Below, piece by piece: positions 45,801 to 58,761 of a stretch of 64,000 nucleotides of DNA (its first letter is position 1; every line of letters starts with the position of its first letter). The notes beneath the pieces were generated by a model. That model had not been told where the DNA came from and did no database searches. It was given only the letters and a program-made list of their open reading frames with translations. The translations under genes were made by a program, and so were the position numbers. Source of the DNA: Hormiphora californensis (lineage: Eukaryota; Animalia; Ctenophora); contig CM035358.1 in NCBI GenBank assembly GCA_020137815.1, positions 3,038,001 to 3,102,000 on the forward strand, given 5' to 3'.

Positions 45801-48622
45801 ATCTGCTCGAGAGAAGTCAAGGGCTCGGAACTCTAGGGCAGCTGGAGGGCTTTGGTGGCAGGTGTAGTAAGGGGTGGGGAGGTAAGTGTAATGTCTGTTA
45901 GACGGTGGTCTGACATTTTGGTGTGGACACCTGGCCACTCAGAGAGGATGGTTAGTGAGGAGTACATCAAGGATATTACTTCCCCTGTTTGGGTGAGGAT
46001 GACTTGGTTGGCAAAGAAATCAGCCATGGGCGTGAATAAGGGACAAGAGTCCGAACCTTTTCCTCTCTCCGAGTTGAAACTCCAGTCAATATCCGGGAAG
46101 TTTAGACCACCACCGTCCACCAATAAACAGAGAGTAGTCATCGTCTACATCACTTAGGCACGATCTCAGTAAGGCAATGAGTTTGGAGAATTCAGACGCC
46201 GATGAATCAGGGGGCGGTGGACAGATGCAACTAACCATTAGGCGTGGTCAAGTTTACAGACAACTGGCATACTGAGTTATCGAAGGCTAGGGAAGATGAA
46301 TCGGGGGGATCAGTTCTCGAGTATAGAGCGACGCATCAGAAATGTATGATTCAGCCAGGTTTCAGATAGGTAGAAAAAGAAGGGGGTGATTCATGGAAGT
46401 CTCATCTTCTAAACATGTCTGCAGTGTCGGGACCTTCCATCTGGAAACACTGTGGGCGGATGGGTTGATCCCCCGTGCATTTAGTAGAAGTAGGGATGAG
46501 TATGGTTGAGGTACACGTGGGGTGCTTGTGGGGTCCATGAGTAGGAGTAGGGGTGTACTGTGTAGGGCAGGTAGGGTTGGGGCTACCCCATCGAATGATG
46601 TGTCGTATGGACTGGAGGAGCGGGCGGTGTATCTGTTGGGTGATGATCAGAGGCCGATGTAGCAGATCTAGGGGGTCTGGGAGGGAACGAATGCACTTGG
46701 AGCCTGGGGTGGGACAGGTGCAGCAGGGACATGGGGTGCAGAAGGTGTTTGAGTGGGAGTAGGAGCTCAGAAGTGATGGTGGTTGTGTTGAATGGAACCA
46801 GGTAGTATGGGCTCAATCCTCGTCTTCTGTTACATCATCTTCTGAAACATCATCTCCTGAATCTGAGGACTCCTCAGCCTCCATAATCCCACACTCCTTA
46901 AGGAAGGTGTCCAGGATGTTTAGTGGACACTCTTCCAAGAATGCGGGCCGCAGATAATACTCCCCGAAGAGGGAATGTCGTGTCTGCGCCAGTGCGGGGC
47001 ACTGGCACAAAACGTGCAAGTTGTCCTCCTCTTCGAGATCGCAATATCGGCAGTTTGAGTCTTCAGAAAGGTGTATCTTTTTAAGGAAGCTTTTCAGGTT
47101 TCCCCTATTTCCGATGAAGTTTATACACCTCTGAAGACTCTTACTGCTTAATGCGTGGATGGCCGATTGTGGAGTGTTTCTCGAGAGGATGTCAGCACTG
47201 TCGATTAGTCTGTTGGAAGTGACTAATTTGCTTCTCATCCTGTCGAGAGCCTCCGTTGATGTTTTTATGGCCTCAGCTTTAGCACCCATCTTGATTCTCG
47301 ATAATGCTATGCGATGATCCGGGAGTTCCGGGGTCTCCAACCTGGCTGCTGACTTTGCCAGGCAGTCGGCCCGCTCATTGCCCTCTATCCCCGTGTGAGC
47401 TGCACAGTAAGTCAGAGTTACTGCAGAGCTCAGTTTTCCCAGATCATTCAGGGTTTTGGCCAGTTTCCAGACCGAGTGTATCTTATAGGGTTTAGACACT
47501 AGTTGTTTAAGTACCGTTTGGCTGTCAGTGTAAAACATGATACTCTTGGCCGAATCATGATAACGTCCTCTGCCGCCCCTGTGATTACGACTAGCTGAAA
47601 AGAGCCGTCATGATTTAGTTCGAATATTTCCACGCAATCTCCAATTCAATCCCTCTATCGCTAGTTTGAACTGTTGCGCGCAGTTAAAAGCAAAGTTGTG
47701 CGCATCGGTTTCACGACCGTTCATGTCACGTGACCTGTAGATTAGAGTACACATTTTCACTTGACCCGGAATCGTCTGCAGTTTTCACATCGAAGTGTTG
47801 ATTACATCTCGATTGTACACAGTCTACTCACACTACTTTTACAGGACATATGAGTATGTACAGAGGGAGCTACCCAAGATTCCACTTGATATACCCGTTA
47901 TCATAATGGTAGGTTGGTTAGTTTGAACATGATTATTGTGGTATCTCTCACCACCATATTGTAACATAATATTAGTTAACTTCTACCATCTCACACTTAA
48001 GCTTAACACTGAAGAGGACATTCTTATGTCGAAACGTTTGTTATAATAGCTATTTGATTTTGAACAACTGAATCAACGTCTTTTTTCCTGAATGCCTGAT
48101 TACACGCTAACATACGCGAGACCAGTTCGGAGGTCCAACAGTGGCCCCCACTCCAAGCACTACTATACCGCGGTCGGTGTCACCAGCCCGTCAGGGTTGG
48201 GACAGCGTTCTCTCACACTACCACTTTGTGTTTATATCTTCTGAATCTCCGTTTAACATCACCTACTATAACATGTCTACTGACTCTCCAGCTGCTACAT
48301 ATCTCACACCCTCCCAGGCGAGTCACAGAGATCTAGAGGAGAAGAGATCAGTGTTAACTGAAGAGGTCCAGCAGTTTATCCGAGAACTAAACAGGTACAT
48401 TGCCTTGTTCAACCCTCTCTTACCACACCCCGAAATAGAGGAGGCTTAGAACATAACACCCAAGTCTCAATTTGAAATATATCTTTATACAAATACATTA
48501 CAACAACACATTTCAGACCAGCAGAGGCTGCTGAAGTTTACTACATGGAAGCCTCAATGAGAGACGGATTCGGACTAAAGTACCTCTACCGATTCTTTAA
48601 CGTCCCCTTCCTAGAGTTGCAG
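42899..48622 (+). CDS. RABL6: Rab-like protein 6, N-terminal GTPase portion. Exons 42899-43025, 43214-43348, 43699-43793, 43936-44018, 47845-47908, 48318-48394, 48517-48622; gene continues downstream
   Basis: [71 protein letters not shown]. The last exon ends in a donor with no stop codon. Confidence 0.93.
44049..44162. repeat. 114-bp direct repeat; second copy at 47583-47696
   Basis: GATTACGACTAGCTGAAAAGAGCCG...GCAAAGT at both ends of the LINE-containing block in RABL6 intron 4. Confidence 0.85.
44660..46450 (-). mobile_element. Degenerate CR1-like non-LTR retrotransposon fragment (endonuclease remnant and RT C-terminus)
   Basis: LNFPDIDW and SDH endonuclease motifs; [22 protein letters not shown]-terminal motif. 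Frameshifted, RT core missing. Confidence 0.7.
46813..47540 (-). mobile_element. 3' part of an RNase H-containing LINE (R1/LOA/I-like)
   Basis: RNase H motifs FYTDSQ and [16 protein letters not shown]; C-terminal zinc knuckle CRYC-x7-H-x4-C. Confidence 0.8.
48004..48043 (+). ncRNA. Minimal type I hammerhead ribozyme (Penelope-like)
   Basis: TAACA-CTGAAGA-G-GACAT-TCTT-ATGTC-GAAAC-GTT-TGTTA: conserved core, stems I and II, palindromic stem III (AAACGTTT). Confidence 0.7.
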
Positions 48623-48725
48623 GTACGGTAACAAATAAACAAATCACAACAAAACAAGATTTCCCCATCTCTCTCTCTCACTCTCCAATAGTGCTACAAC
48701 GCACTGCGCTGCACAGTATTGTCTT

Positions 48726-50418
48726 TCATTCATCTTCGTCATGACTTTCCACTGACTTCTCTTGAGAGGGTCCCCTGTTGCTATCAAAGAGACTATCCAA
48801 CACATAGAGACTGGTCTTGTTTTGTGTTATAATCTCGTCAACCTGAAGATATGATTTGACACGGGAGAGATTCAAAGTTTAGTGGAAAGTGCGAGAGAAA
48901 ACAGAGAATTGGGGAGAGAGGGAAATCGGAGACACTTTCCCCAAATAGGGGGTTATGTGTAGAATTGGGGGCTTCTAGTTAGTTATAATCTCAACATGGG
49001 GGATATATCTCTTAGTTCTTACCGAGTCGATCTGTTCATCTATTTCATTGCAAATGTTCTGAAGATATGTCATATCCAACATACTGCACTGAACAGAAGA
49101 TTCAACTCCACTTTTCTGGGTCTGGATCTCCTTATGGTTCATAGGCCCCACAGCAGAGTCAGATAGGTTGACCTCATCATGTAGCCTGTGGGAGGAACGT
49201 TATCCATAGATTCGAAGCAGGAACCGACCGAAACAAGTAAACAACCAATCAGAACTCGTTATTGAGGTCACTTGACTGGTTATCAGCCAATCAGGGACCT
49301 GGGACCAGTATTTCCTGATTCGGTCGGTTCCTGATTCGAAGCAATGAGCACACATACATGACATGACACTGCCAGAAAGCTGTTTCAAGGTAGCAAAGCT
49401 GTTTCAAGGTAGCAAAATCACACGCAGCGACATGTTATAGCTCAGTGATCAGATCAGTGGTTAATAGCACACACACACTTACCATTCCTCACTTTTATTA
49501 GACCAGGGACTGTAATTAATGTGTTTATAATGTAACCAACCAAGATTATAATCTCTAGCTAAATGTCTAAATCAGTGATTTTATACTGGTGGGTAGGTAC
49601 AACTTACAATACTTCATCACTAGTGTCGTATATCTGGTTGTTCTGGTAGGCGTACTGTAGTTTCTTAATCAGCACCTAGACAGAGAGGAGTGAGAGTGAC
49701 ACCTTAGAGACAGAGAGGAATGAAAGTGACACCTAGTGAAGAAAATGGGATCATATGTTCTTCCATTATTAAGAAAACTGTCAGATTGCCAGCTGGCATT
49801 CCTGAACCCATCCATGTAATATTAGGAACTGAATGCTGATATAGGTATTCAGCAACAATTCTAACCTGGTACTCCTGTACACGTGTATTGAGCTGTTTCA
49901 CAGCAAACTTCAGCTGCTTCTTGTCATTCTCAGCCCTCTCACATTGACTTTTCTTGTCAGATAGCTGCAATCAAAAGTATTAAACATGCCCATATATGGT
50001 CATATGAGAGAGATATTATACGTGTATAATACTACTCAAATTTAAGGTATAATTAAAGTCACCTCATCCTTTAGGCTATCACAGACAGATCGGGTGTGTC
50101 GTAACTCATTAGCCAGGTCTTTAGCCTGCATTAGGAGGAATTCCTGCTCTGCCGTGCCTGGGAAACACACACACTCAGTAGTAAATATATGTTGTACACA
50201 CACAGTAATCAGTCAACTGCTAAACTACAAATTGTTACAATAATATATCAGAAGGTGTGTATCGACATCACTAATAGTTACAGTAAGACCCCGATTTACC
50301 GGGCCCTGATTTACCGGAACCCCGATTTACCGAGGATCCCGGTAAATCGGGGTCCGACTGTACATACAAGCATGTGATCACTAATACCTGGATCGCAGGT
50401 AGCGTTGATGTTACCCAT
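48726..50418 (-). CDS. Uncharacterised coiled-coil protein (190 aa). Exons 50418-50388, 50157-50063, 49964-49866, 49675-49608, 49185-49023, 48842-48726
   Basis: Six GT-AG exons with matching phases total 573 nt from ATG to TGA. Heptad-rich (AENDKKQLKFAVKQLNTRVQEYQ). Confidence 0.7.
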
Positions 50419-50662
50419 ATTGTGAAGACACTACTACACACTCATACGCAATCAAATATATTGGCTCCTATGTGAGGGAGGGAGAGAAATGAAGGCAAGA
50501 GAGAAGGAGGGTATATGCATTAATACAAGGGCTGGCGGGGCCCGCTAAATGAGTTAACAATCTCTATGTAATGTATCGTACACTGTACAGTGTACAGACA
50601 ATCGCTCAAAGTCTCCAGCAACATTGGCGCTGTGTGAAATACTGAGAGTGAGAGAGAGAGAC

Positions 50663-50694
<32 letters not shown>

Positions 50695-50950
50695 TTTGTG
50701 TGTGTGTAAGAAAGACAGAGAGATAATCGTAATTAAAAGCACATGGGTAGACAGCATGTGTTTAGCAATGCAACATTGACAGAGTAGAGAAGCACAAAAG
50801 TTTGTTCCGTGTGTAAAGATTGAGCAAAAGAAATTAGAGATAAATCACACGCTCCTTTTGTTGGAAGACAGTAAAATTGGAGAAAGCGAGTCACTAGAAA
50901 AGGGAGTAGGACACCAAAAGAAGAGATACATGTTCTCTCTCTCTCTCTCG

Positions 50951-51034
<84 letters not shown>

Positions 51035-51228
51035 TGCTCTCTCTCTCTCTCTCCCTCTCTTGCTCTGTCCTATAGAAAACTGTTTTCTGAAAACAGCTGC
51101 AGTGAGTACATATGATCAACTGTATTATAAACAGTGAGAAAATAAGAAAGAGAGATAGCAAGAGAGATAGAAAGAGAGAACAAGTAAAGAGTTTGGACAG
51201 GTGGTGCTGTAATCAACAAAATGACAAG

Positions 51229-51313
<85 letters not shown>

Positions 51314-51556
51314 AGGGCAGTCGGTCTAAAGTCTGTGTGTGTGTTGAAATAAAGCAAGACCGTCCCACAGAGAAAGGAATAAGAGGAGCAATGGGAGAAG
51401 AAAGAGAGAGACGAGAGGGGTATTGATGGTATGGGAGAAAGTCGCGTCTGCAGTAGCCGATTGGTACACATCCGATCCCTATTGTTTACTGGGCAGGGAG
51501 AGCATGTACCATTGCACCATCTCTCTCACGTTTACACCCTGGATCGATATCTCTCT

Positions 51557-51653
<97 letters not shown>

Positions 51654-52199
51654 GTTTACACCCTGTATCGATATCTCTCTCAGAAGTCAGAGAGATTCTC
51701 TCTTCTTCTCTATACAATCCCCTCTACCTATTACAAGGAAAACTCCCAACAAGTAGCTCCCAACAACAAGCAGCACTAGGCAGTGGATCAAGGAGAACTA
51801 AATTTGGCATGACAGGTGATTATACTGATAGCATGAGAGAGGGAGAGAGGGGGGTAGGAGAAGGAGAGGTCCCTCTATACACCCACAACCTCTCTCTCTC
51901 TTTCTTGATTACCACATATCCTATGAGGCCTCTCATTCCCTGATCACAGCTGGCACAGTCTGCATGTCCACATTTCGTAACAAACTTAGATCAAATCACA
52001 TCGTTTTGACGTTCAATTAAAATCATGAAACTTAACATTTTTTATACCAAAACTCGTTCAGATACTTTCAACAATAATTGTCCAGTAGATTTGAGGAAAA
52101 TAGGAGATGTGGAATAACGAAATATCAAATGCACGCTTCTCTAATATCATTTTAAATTGTCCTTTTTAGGTAAACAGTTCAGTGGTTAAAGTTTTGAAG

Positions 52200-52250
<51 letters not shown>

Positions 52251-52397
52251 ACATAACATAAAATACTCCTTCTTACATTCCTATACATTCCATCACATCT
52301 GGTGCAGTTCCATCGTACATTAGGACACACACATACATAACACACATGCACGTGCAGATGGTGACGTCACGATATGACGTCATCATATGACACTATA

Positions 52398-55300
52398 TCA
52401 CGTGACTCTGTTCATGGTAGGTGGTGTTTCATTCCCCTTCACTGCCACAAAGTGCTGCTTCTTCTGATTCGGTATGGCTGACATCGACTTCCTTCTAGAA
52501 TCTGAAAATGATAGTGTTTGAACGGAATTTAGAGGGACTGTTGATTGACTGTTGACTACAATTGATTGACTATTGACTATGTACAAACAGTGTAAAGGGG
52601 GGCAGTACCTGCAGGTTTCCGGACTCCTGACCGGTCAGGACTCAGTCGGTCAGGAGTCCGGGAGCAGTACCTGCAGTGTTGTAGTCCATTAGCTCCGTCA
52701 TGTTACCAAACTCCCTCTGTAGCTTATCAAACGTGCTCTCTTGGTCTAATGCCTCCAGATCCGACTCTATCGCTAGCAGGTTGTCCTGGGTGGAATATGA
52801 GGGGGTTGTCCTAGGAATGAGAGGGGTTTGTCCTGGGAATGAGAGGGGGTTGTCCTGGGAATATGAGGGGGTTGTCCTGGGAATGAGAGGGTGTTGTCCT
52901 GGGAATTAGAGGGGGTTGTCCTGGGAATGAGAGGGGGTTGTCCTGGGAATGAGAGGGGGGTTGAACTGGGAATGAGAGGGGGTTGTCCTAGGAATGAGAG
53001 GGGTTTGTCCTGGGAATGAGAGGGGGTTGTCCTGGGAATGAGAGGGGGTTGTCCTGGAAATGAGAGGGGGTTGTCCTGGGAATGAGAGGGGGTTGTCCTG
53101 GGAATTAGAGGGGGTTGTCCTGGGAATTAGAGGGGGTTGTCCTGGGAATGAGAGGGGGTTGTCCTAGGAATGAGAGGGGGTTGTCCTGGGAATGAGAGGG
53201 GGTTGTCCTGGGAATTAGAGGGGGTTGTCCTGGGAATGAGAGGTGGTTGTCCTAGGAATTAGAGGGGGTTGTCCTGGGAATGAGAAGGGGTTGTCCTGGG
53301 AATGAGAGGGGGTTGTCCTGGGAATGAGAGGAGGTTGTCCTGGGAATGAGAGGGGGTTGTCCTGGGAATGAGAGGGGGTTGTCCTGGGAATGAGAGGGGG
53401 TTGTCCTGGGAATGAGAGGGGGTTGTCCTGGGAATGAGAGGGGGTTGTCCTGGGAATGAGAGGGAGTTTTCCTGGGAATGAGAGGGGGTTGTCCTGGGAA
53501 TGAGAGAGGTTTGTCCTGGGAATGAGAGAGGTTTGTCCTGGGAATGAGAGAGGTTTGTCCTGGGAATTAGAGGGGGTTGTCCTGGGAATGAGAGGAGGTT
53601 GTCCTGGGAATGAGAGGGGGTTGTCCTGGGAATGAGAGGGGGGTTGTCCTGGGAATGAGAGGGTGGTTGTCCTGGGAATTAGAGGGGGTTGTCCTGGGAA
53701 TGAGAGGGGGTTGTCCTGGGAATGAGAAGGGGTTGTCCTGGGAATGAGAGGGAGTTGTCCTGGGAATGAGAGGGGGTTGTCCTGGGAATGAGAGGGGGTT
53801 GTCCTGGGAATGAGAGGGGGTTGTCCTGGGAATGAGAGGGGGTTGTCCTGGGAATGAGAGGGGGTTGTCCTGGGAATGAGAGGGGGGTTGTCCTGGGAAT
53901 TAGAGGGGGTTGTCCTGGGAATTAGAGGGGGTTGTCCTGGGAATGAGAGGGGGTTGTCCTGGGAATGAGAAGGGGTTGTCCTGGGAATGAGAGGGAGTTG
54001 TCCTGGGAATGAGAGGGGGTTGTCCTGGGAATATGAGGGGGTTGTCCTAGGAATGAGAGGGGTTTGTCCTGGGAATGAGAGGGGGTTGTCCTGGGAATAT
54101 GAGGGGGTTGTCCTGGGAATGAGAGGGTGTTGTCCTGGGAATTAGAGGGGGTTGTCCTGGGAATGAGAGGGGGTTGTCCTGGGAATGAGAGGGGGGTTGA
54201 ACTGGGAATGAGAGGGGGTTGTCCTAGGAATGAGAGGGGTTTGTCCTGGGAATGAGAGGGGGTTGTCCTGGGAATGAGAGGGGGTTGTCCTGGAAATGAG
54301 AGGGGGTTGTCCTGGGAATGAGAGGGGGTTGTCCTGGGAATTAGAGGGGGTTGTCCTGGGAATGAGAGGGGGTTGTCCTGGGAATGAGAGGAGGTTGTCC
54401 TGGGAATGAGAGGGGGTCGTCCTGGGAATGAGAGGGGGTTGTCCTGGGAATGAGAGGGGGTTGTCCTGGGAATGAGAGGGGGTTGTCCTGGGAATGAGAG
54501 GGGGTTGTCCTGGGAATGAGAGGGAGTTTTCCTGGGAATGAGAGGGGGTTGTCCTGGGAATGAGAGAGGTTTGTCCTGGGAATGAGAGAGGTTTGTCCTG
54601 GGAATGAGAGAGGTTTGTCCTGGGAATTAGAGGGGGTTGTCCTGGGAATGAGAGGAGGTTGTCCTGGGAATGAGAGGGGGTTGTCCTGGGAATGAGAGGG
54701 GGGTTGTCCTGGGAATGAGAGGGTGGTTGTCCTGGGAATTAGAGGGGGTTGTCCTGGGAATGAGAGGGGGTTGTCCTGGGAATGAGAAGGGGTTGTCCTG
54801 GGAATGAGAGGGAGTTGTCCTGGGAATGAGAGGGGGTTGTCCTGGGAATGAGAGGGGGTTGTCCTGGGAATGAGAGGGGGTTGTCCTGGGAATGAGAGGG
54901 GGTTGTCCTGGGAATGAGAGGGGGTTGTCCTGGGAATGAGAGGGGGTTGTCCTGGGAATGAGAGGGGGGTTGTCCTGGGAATTAGAGGGGGTTGTCCTGG
55001 GAATTAGAGGGGGTTGTCCTGGGAATGAGAGGGGGTTGTCCTGGGAATGAGAAGGGGTTGTCCTGGGAATGAGAGGGAGTTGTCCTGGGAATGAGAGGGG
55101 GTTGTCCTGGGAATGAGAGGGGGTTGTCCTGGGAATGAGACGGGGTTGTTCTAGGAATGAGAGGGGGGTTGTCCTGGGAATGAGAGGGGGTTGTTCTGGG
55201 AATGAGAGGGGGTTGTCCTGGGAATGAGAGGGGGTTGTCCTGGGAATGAGAGGGGGTTGTCCTGGGAATGAGAGGGGGGTTGTCCTGGGAATTAGAGGGG

Positions 55301-56780
55301 GTTGTCCTGGGAATGAGAGGGGGTTGTCCTGGGAATGAGAGGGGGTTGTCCTGGGAATATGAGGGGGGTTGTCCTGGGAATGAGAGGGGGTTGTCCTGGG
55401 AATGAGAGGGGGTTGTCCTCGGAATGAAAGGGGGTTGTCCTGGGAATGAGAGGGGGTTGTCCTGGGAATTAGAGGGGGTTGTCCTGGGAATTAGAGGTGG
55501 TTGTCCTGGGAATGAGAGGGGGTTGTCCTGGGAATGAGAGGGGGTTGTCCTGGGAATGAGAGGGTGTTGTCCTGGGAATGAGAGGGAGTTGTCCTGGGAA
55601 TGAGAGGGGATTGTCCTGGGAATGAGAGGGGGTTGTCCTGGGAATGAGAGGGGGTTGTCCTGGGAATGAGGGGGGTTGTCCTGGGAATGAGAGGGGGTTG
55701 TCCTGGGAATTAGAGGGGGTTGTCCTAGGAATGAGAGGGGGTTGTCCTGGGAATGAGAGGGGGTTGTCCTGGGAATGAGAGGGGGTTGTCCAGGGAATAT
55801 GAGGGGGTTGTCCTGGGAATGAGAGGGGGTTGTCCTGGGAATTAGAGGGGGTTGTCCTAGGAATGAGAGGGTGTTGTCCTGGGAATGAGAGGGAGTTGTC
55901 CTGGGAATGAGAGGGGATTGTCCTGGGAATGAGAGGGGGTTGTCCTGGGAATGAGAGGGGGGTTGTCCTGGGAATGAGAGGGGGTTGTCCAGGGAATATG
56001 AGGGGGTTGTCCTGGGAATGAGAGGGTGTTGTCCTGGGAATGAGAGGGGGTTGTCCTAGGAATGAGAGGGGGTTGTCCTAGAAATGAGATACAGTTGTAA
56101 CAGGGTGGTAATCCTACAAATAAACAAACATAGCCCCACTATTGCCAGATGCTTCATAAAGACAAATAAATTAAGAAATATCACCTCCCCTCGGATGCTA
56201 TAAACCTCGGAGGCACTACAACTCTGAAGAAACATATCCCCACTAACCTCTGAAGCACTGAATTTGACGCACAGACTGGCAGGTCTATTAGTGCTGCTGC
56301 AGAGAGACACATCACTGCCACACAGACTAATATTATCATGATGATCACCACTCCTTGCACTGGACGTACTATCAGATCGGACCCTTTCTACCAGGTGATT
56401 TGGGTGGTGATAATCCTCTTTTCTTCTCTTGTACTCTGACATTTTGGTGGGTTTGTGGGTAAAATCAAGGGTGCTCCCGTGGTCTATCAGTATTGTAGGG
56501 GTTGTAGGAGTTGCGGGACCTGGAGATAAAGAACTGTGAATAAGTACTGCTCTATACATCAAGGGTTCTGTACACGATTGTACACAATTGAGAGAGGGAT
56601 TACCTCCGACAGAGACCCCTTGATTTACCGTTATATACGTCGAGTGAAACAATGATTGGACAGTTTGACGCCGATTTATCGGGATGGTCAAGGAAATTTA
56701 TCCCACCGGTAAATATAGGCGTCCGACTGTGTATACTTACGGTCGATATCAGGTGTGATAGGTGGTCCTCGGGTCGCCAT
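52398..56780 (-). CDS. Uncharacterised Ser-rich protein (197 aa). Exons 56780-56741, 56519-56185, 52785-52671, 52501-52398
   Basis: Four GT-AG exons with consistent phases (1,0,1) total 594 nt from ATG to TGA. Confidence 0.6.
52779..56082. repeat. 20-bp minisatellite (GTTGTCCTGGGAATGAGAGGGG-like), ~165 units
   Basis: Continuous tandem array; variant units recur at ~1.1-1.2 kb spacing. Confidence 0.95.
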
Positions 56781-57126
56781 GATTTATCTGAGCTGTGCTA
56801 CACTAACAATTGAGTAATAAAAGAAAGTGAGTAATAAAAGAAAGTGAGTAATATTCAAATTTTATGTGTTGTAATTATAACTTATTGGTATGATAAAACT
56901 TGTTGAGCAAGTTGAGTTATCACTCAACAAGTAAAAACTGTAATATTACTATCTAGAATTGTTAAGTAACTCAACAAAGCTAGAGCCTAGAATTTCAACA
57001 AATACAATATCGCACACTTGTAAGGGAGCTTCTACTTGAAATTTAATTTAAAATGCAAAAGAAGTAAGAAATTGTGAAAGAGTGGCAGAAGACAAAGGAG
57101 ATCGGCTGATTCTATGTCGCCATCGT

Positions 57127-57822
57127 ATTATGAAACCCGATAGTTGATTTATCAGTCGTCTGAAGAATTTGCGCGCACATGATAACCGCCAGCTGGGAGA
57201 TTTAACACCCTCCTCGCAGTTTGACAGACCAGTTCCCTCTTTCACGCGTTTCTCTTCATTTGAATAACATGCGTGTAAAATTCTAAGTATTGAAAATGTG
57301 TGTAAACACACAGTTCTGTCAACAAAAGAAAGGGGAAACATGTCTGCAACACGTTTCAATGTTATCTCTCTCATAAGGAGTGAAAAGAATCACATTCCAT
57401 TCATTTCTCTCTCTCATTGTCTCTTTTACTGTTCACTACCTCTGACAGTGTGTATTGCCCCTAATCTTTCTCTCTCTTTCTCAAACATGTTAGGAACAGT
57501 AGACACTAAGTCTACACACATTTTCACGGTGTCTGTTGACTAATTGCCAGCAGTCCTAGTGTGTTTCACCTTGTGTTGTGTCTCTTATTTGTGTGTAATT
57601 ACTATCGGGTTTCATAAAATATGAACGTTTGTTAGCCTATCGCGTTATAGGTTTAAATCACCTCCCCCTCACCCTCGGCTGGCGCCTCGGGATCGGCGTC
57701 GGGATTTAAACCAGTTTAATCGCCCTGCCGGGCGATTAAACTCCAGTTGGCTGTCCCCAGCTCGCGCTGGCGACAGCCAACTTGATAACGCGCCAGTCTA
57801 CAAACGTTCATACTTCATTTAA
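57127..57822. mobile_element. Uninterrupted inverted copy of the repeat at ~12190-14137
   Basis: Shared spurious ORFs and sequence; lacks the 1.3-kb Kolobok-like insertion. Confidence 0.8.
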
Positions 57823-57828
57823 TTGGTA

Positions 57829-57900
57829 GTTCCAAATAGAGATGTATCTTCCAAATAGAGATGTATCTTCCAAATAGAGATGTATCTTCCAAATAGAGAT
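57829..57900. repeat. 19-bp tandem repeat, about 4 copies (TTCCAAATAGAGATGTATC)
   Basis: Direct inspection. Confidence 0.85.
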
Positions 57901-58761
57901 ACCTGCATTATCACAAAACAACAGTGTCCTTGGTTAATGGTTAAATAAATATATGCAATATGTGGTTTATAGCAATGAACTAATGGAAATCAATTCAAGC
58001 TGAGCATGCCGTCTCCCTAGGAGGGTGCTATAGACACCGTTGTGTAATATAACGGGAGTAGGGCGTGGCGCCGATAAACGCATTTGGTATAAAAGGTGGA
58101 ATTGCTTTGCTTTGAACAAAACAGGTGGAAGAGGTAAATAGACTCGCTGCGATAAGAGGTAAATATACTATTATATTGTTCAGAATCAGAAGAGAGAAAC
58201 AGGTCAGTGCAATAGGAAATACACACAATGTATATTGGGACAATGTTAGACTGTGTCACAATGCAACTGTTCAGCAAGCTTTCTCTATCTTTCTCTCTAT
58301 CTTTCTCTCTTTTCCTCCCCTCTCTATCTCTAGATATTCCCGCACCATTCGAGAGCTGTTTTCTCTATAAGAATTACTTGACCAGAACTTGACCAGACAC
58401 GTATCAAAAATGGTAGCAAGATAACACACTCTCTAGTAAACAAGAGGAAGTGCAATATAAAACTCAGTATACTCACGCCTATTCAACAACTCACTGAGTA
58501 GAGACTATAGAGCAATTGAGTCGCCTATTATTGTACGACTCACTGAGAGAAAGTACCTACTAAATTCTGCCGGGGTAGGGGAAGTTGGGCTTATAGAGGG
58601 GGAAGTATTTAAGTAGCCGTTGAAAACGAGTCGAGCCCCTTAGTTCTCCTCAGCCGTGACTTTCTCAAAATAACTACAAATGGCTAAATGGAATTACGGA
58701 ATATCAATGAAAGAAAGGAATATATCTCTCATATCATGACTGATTATGTATAGTTATTATA

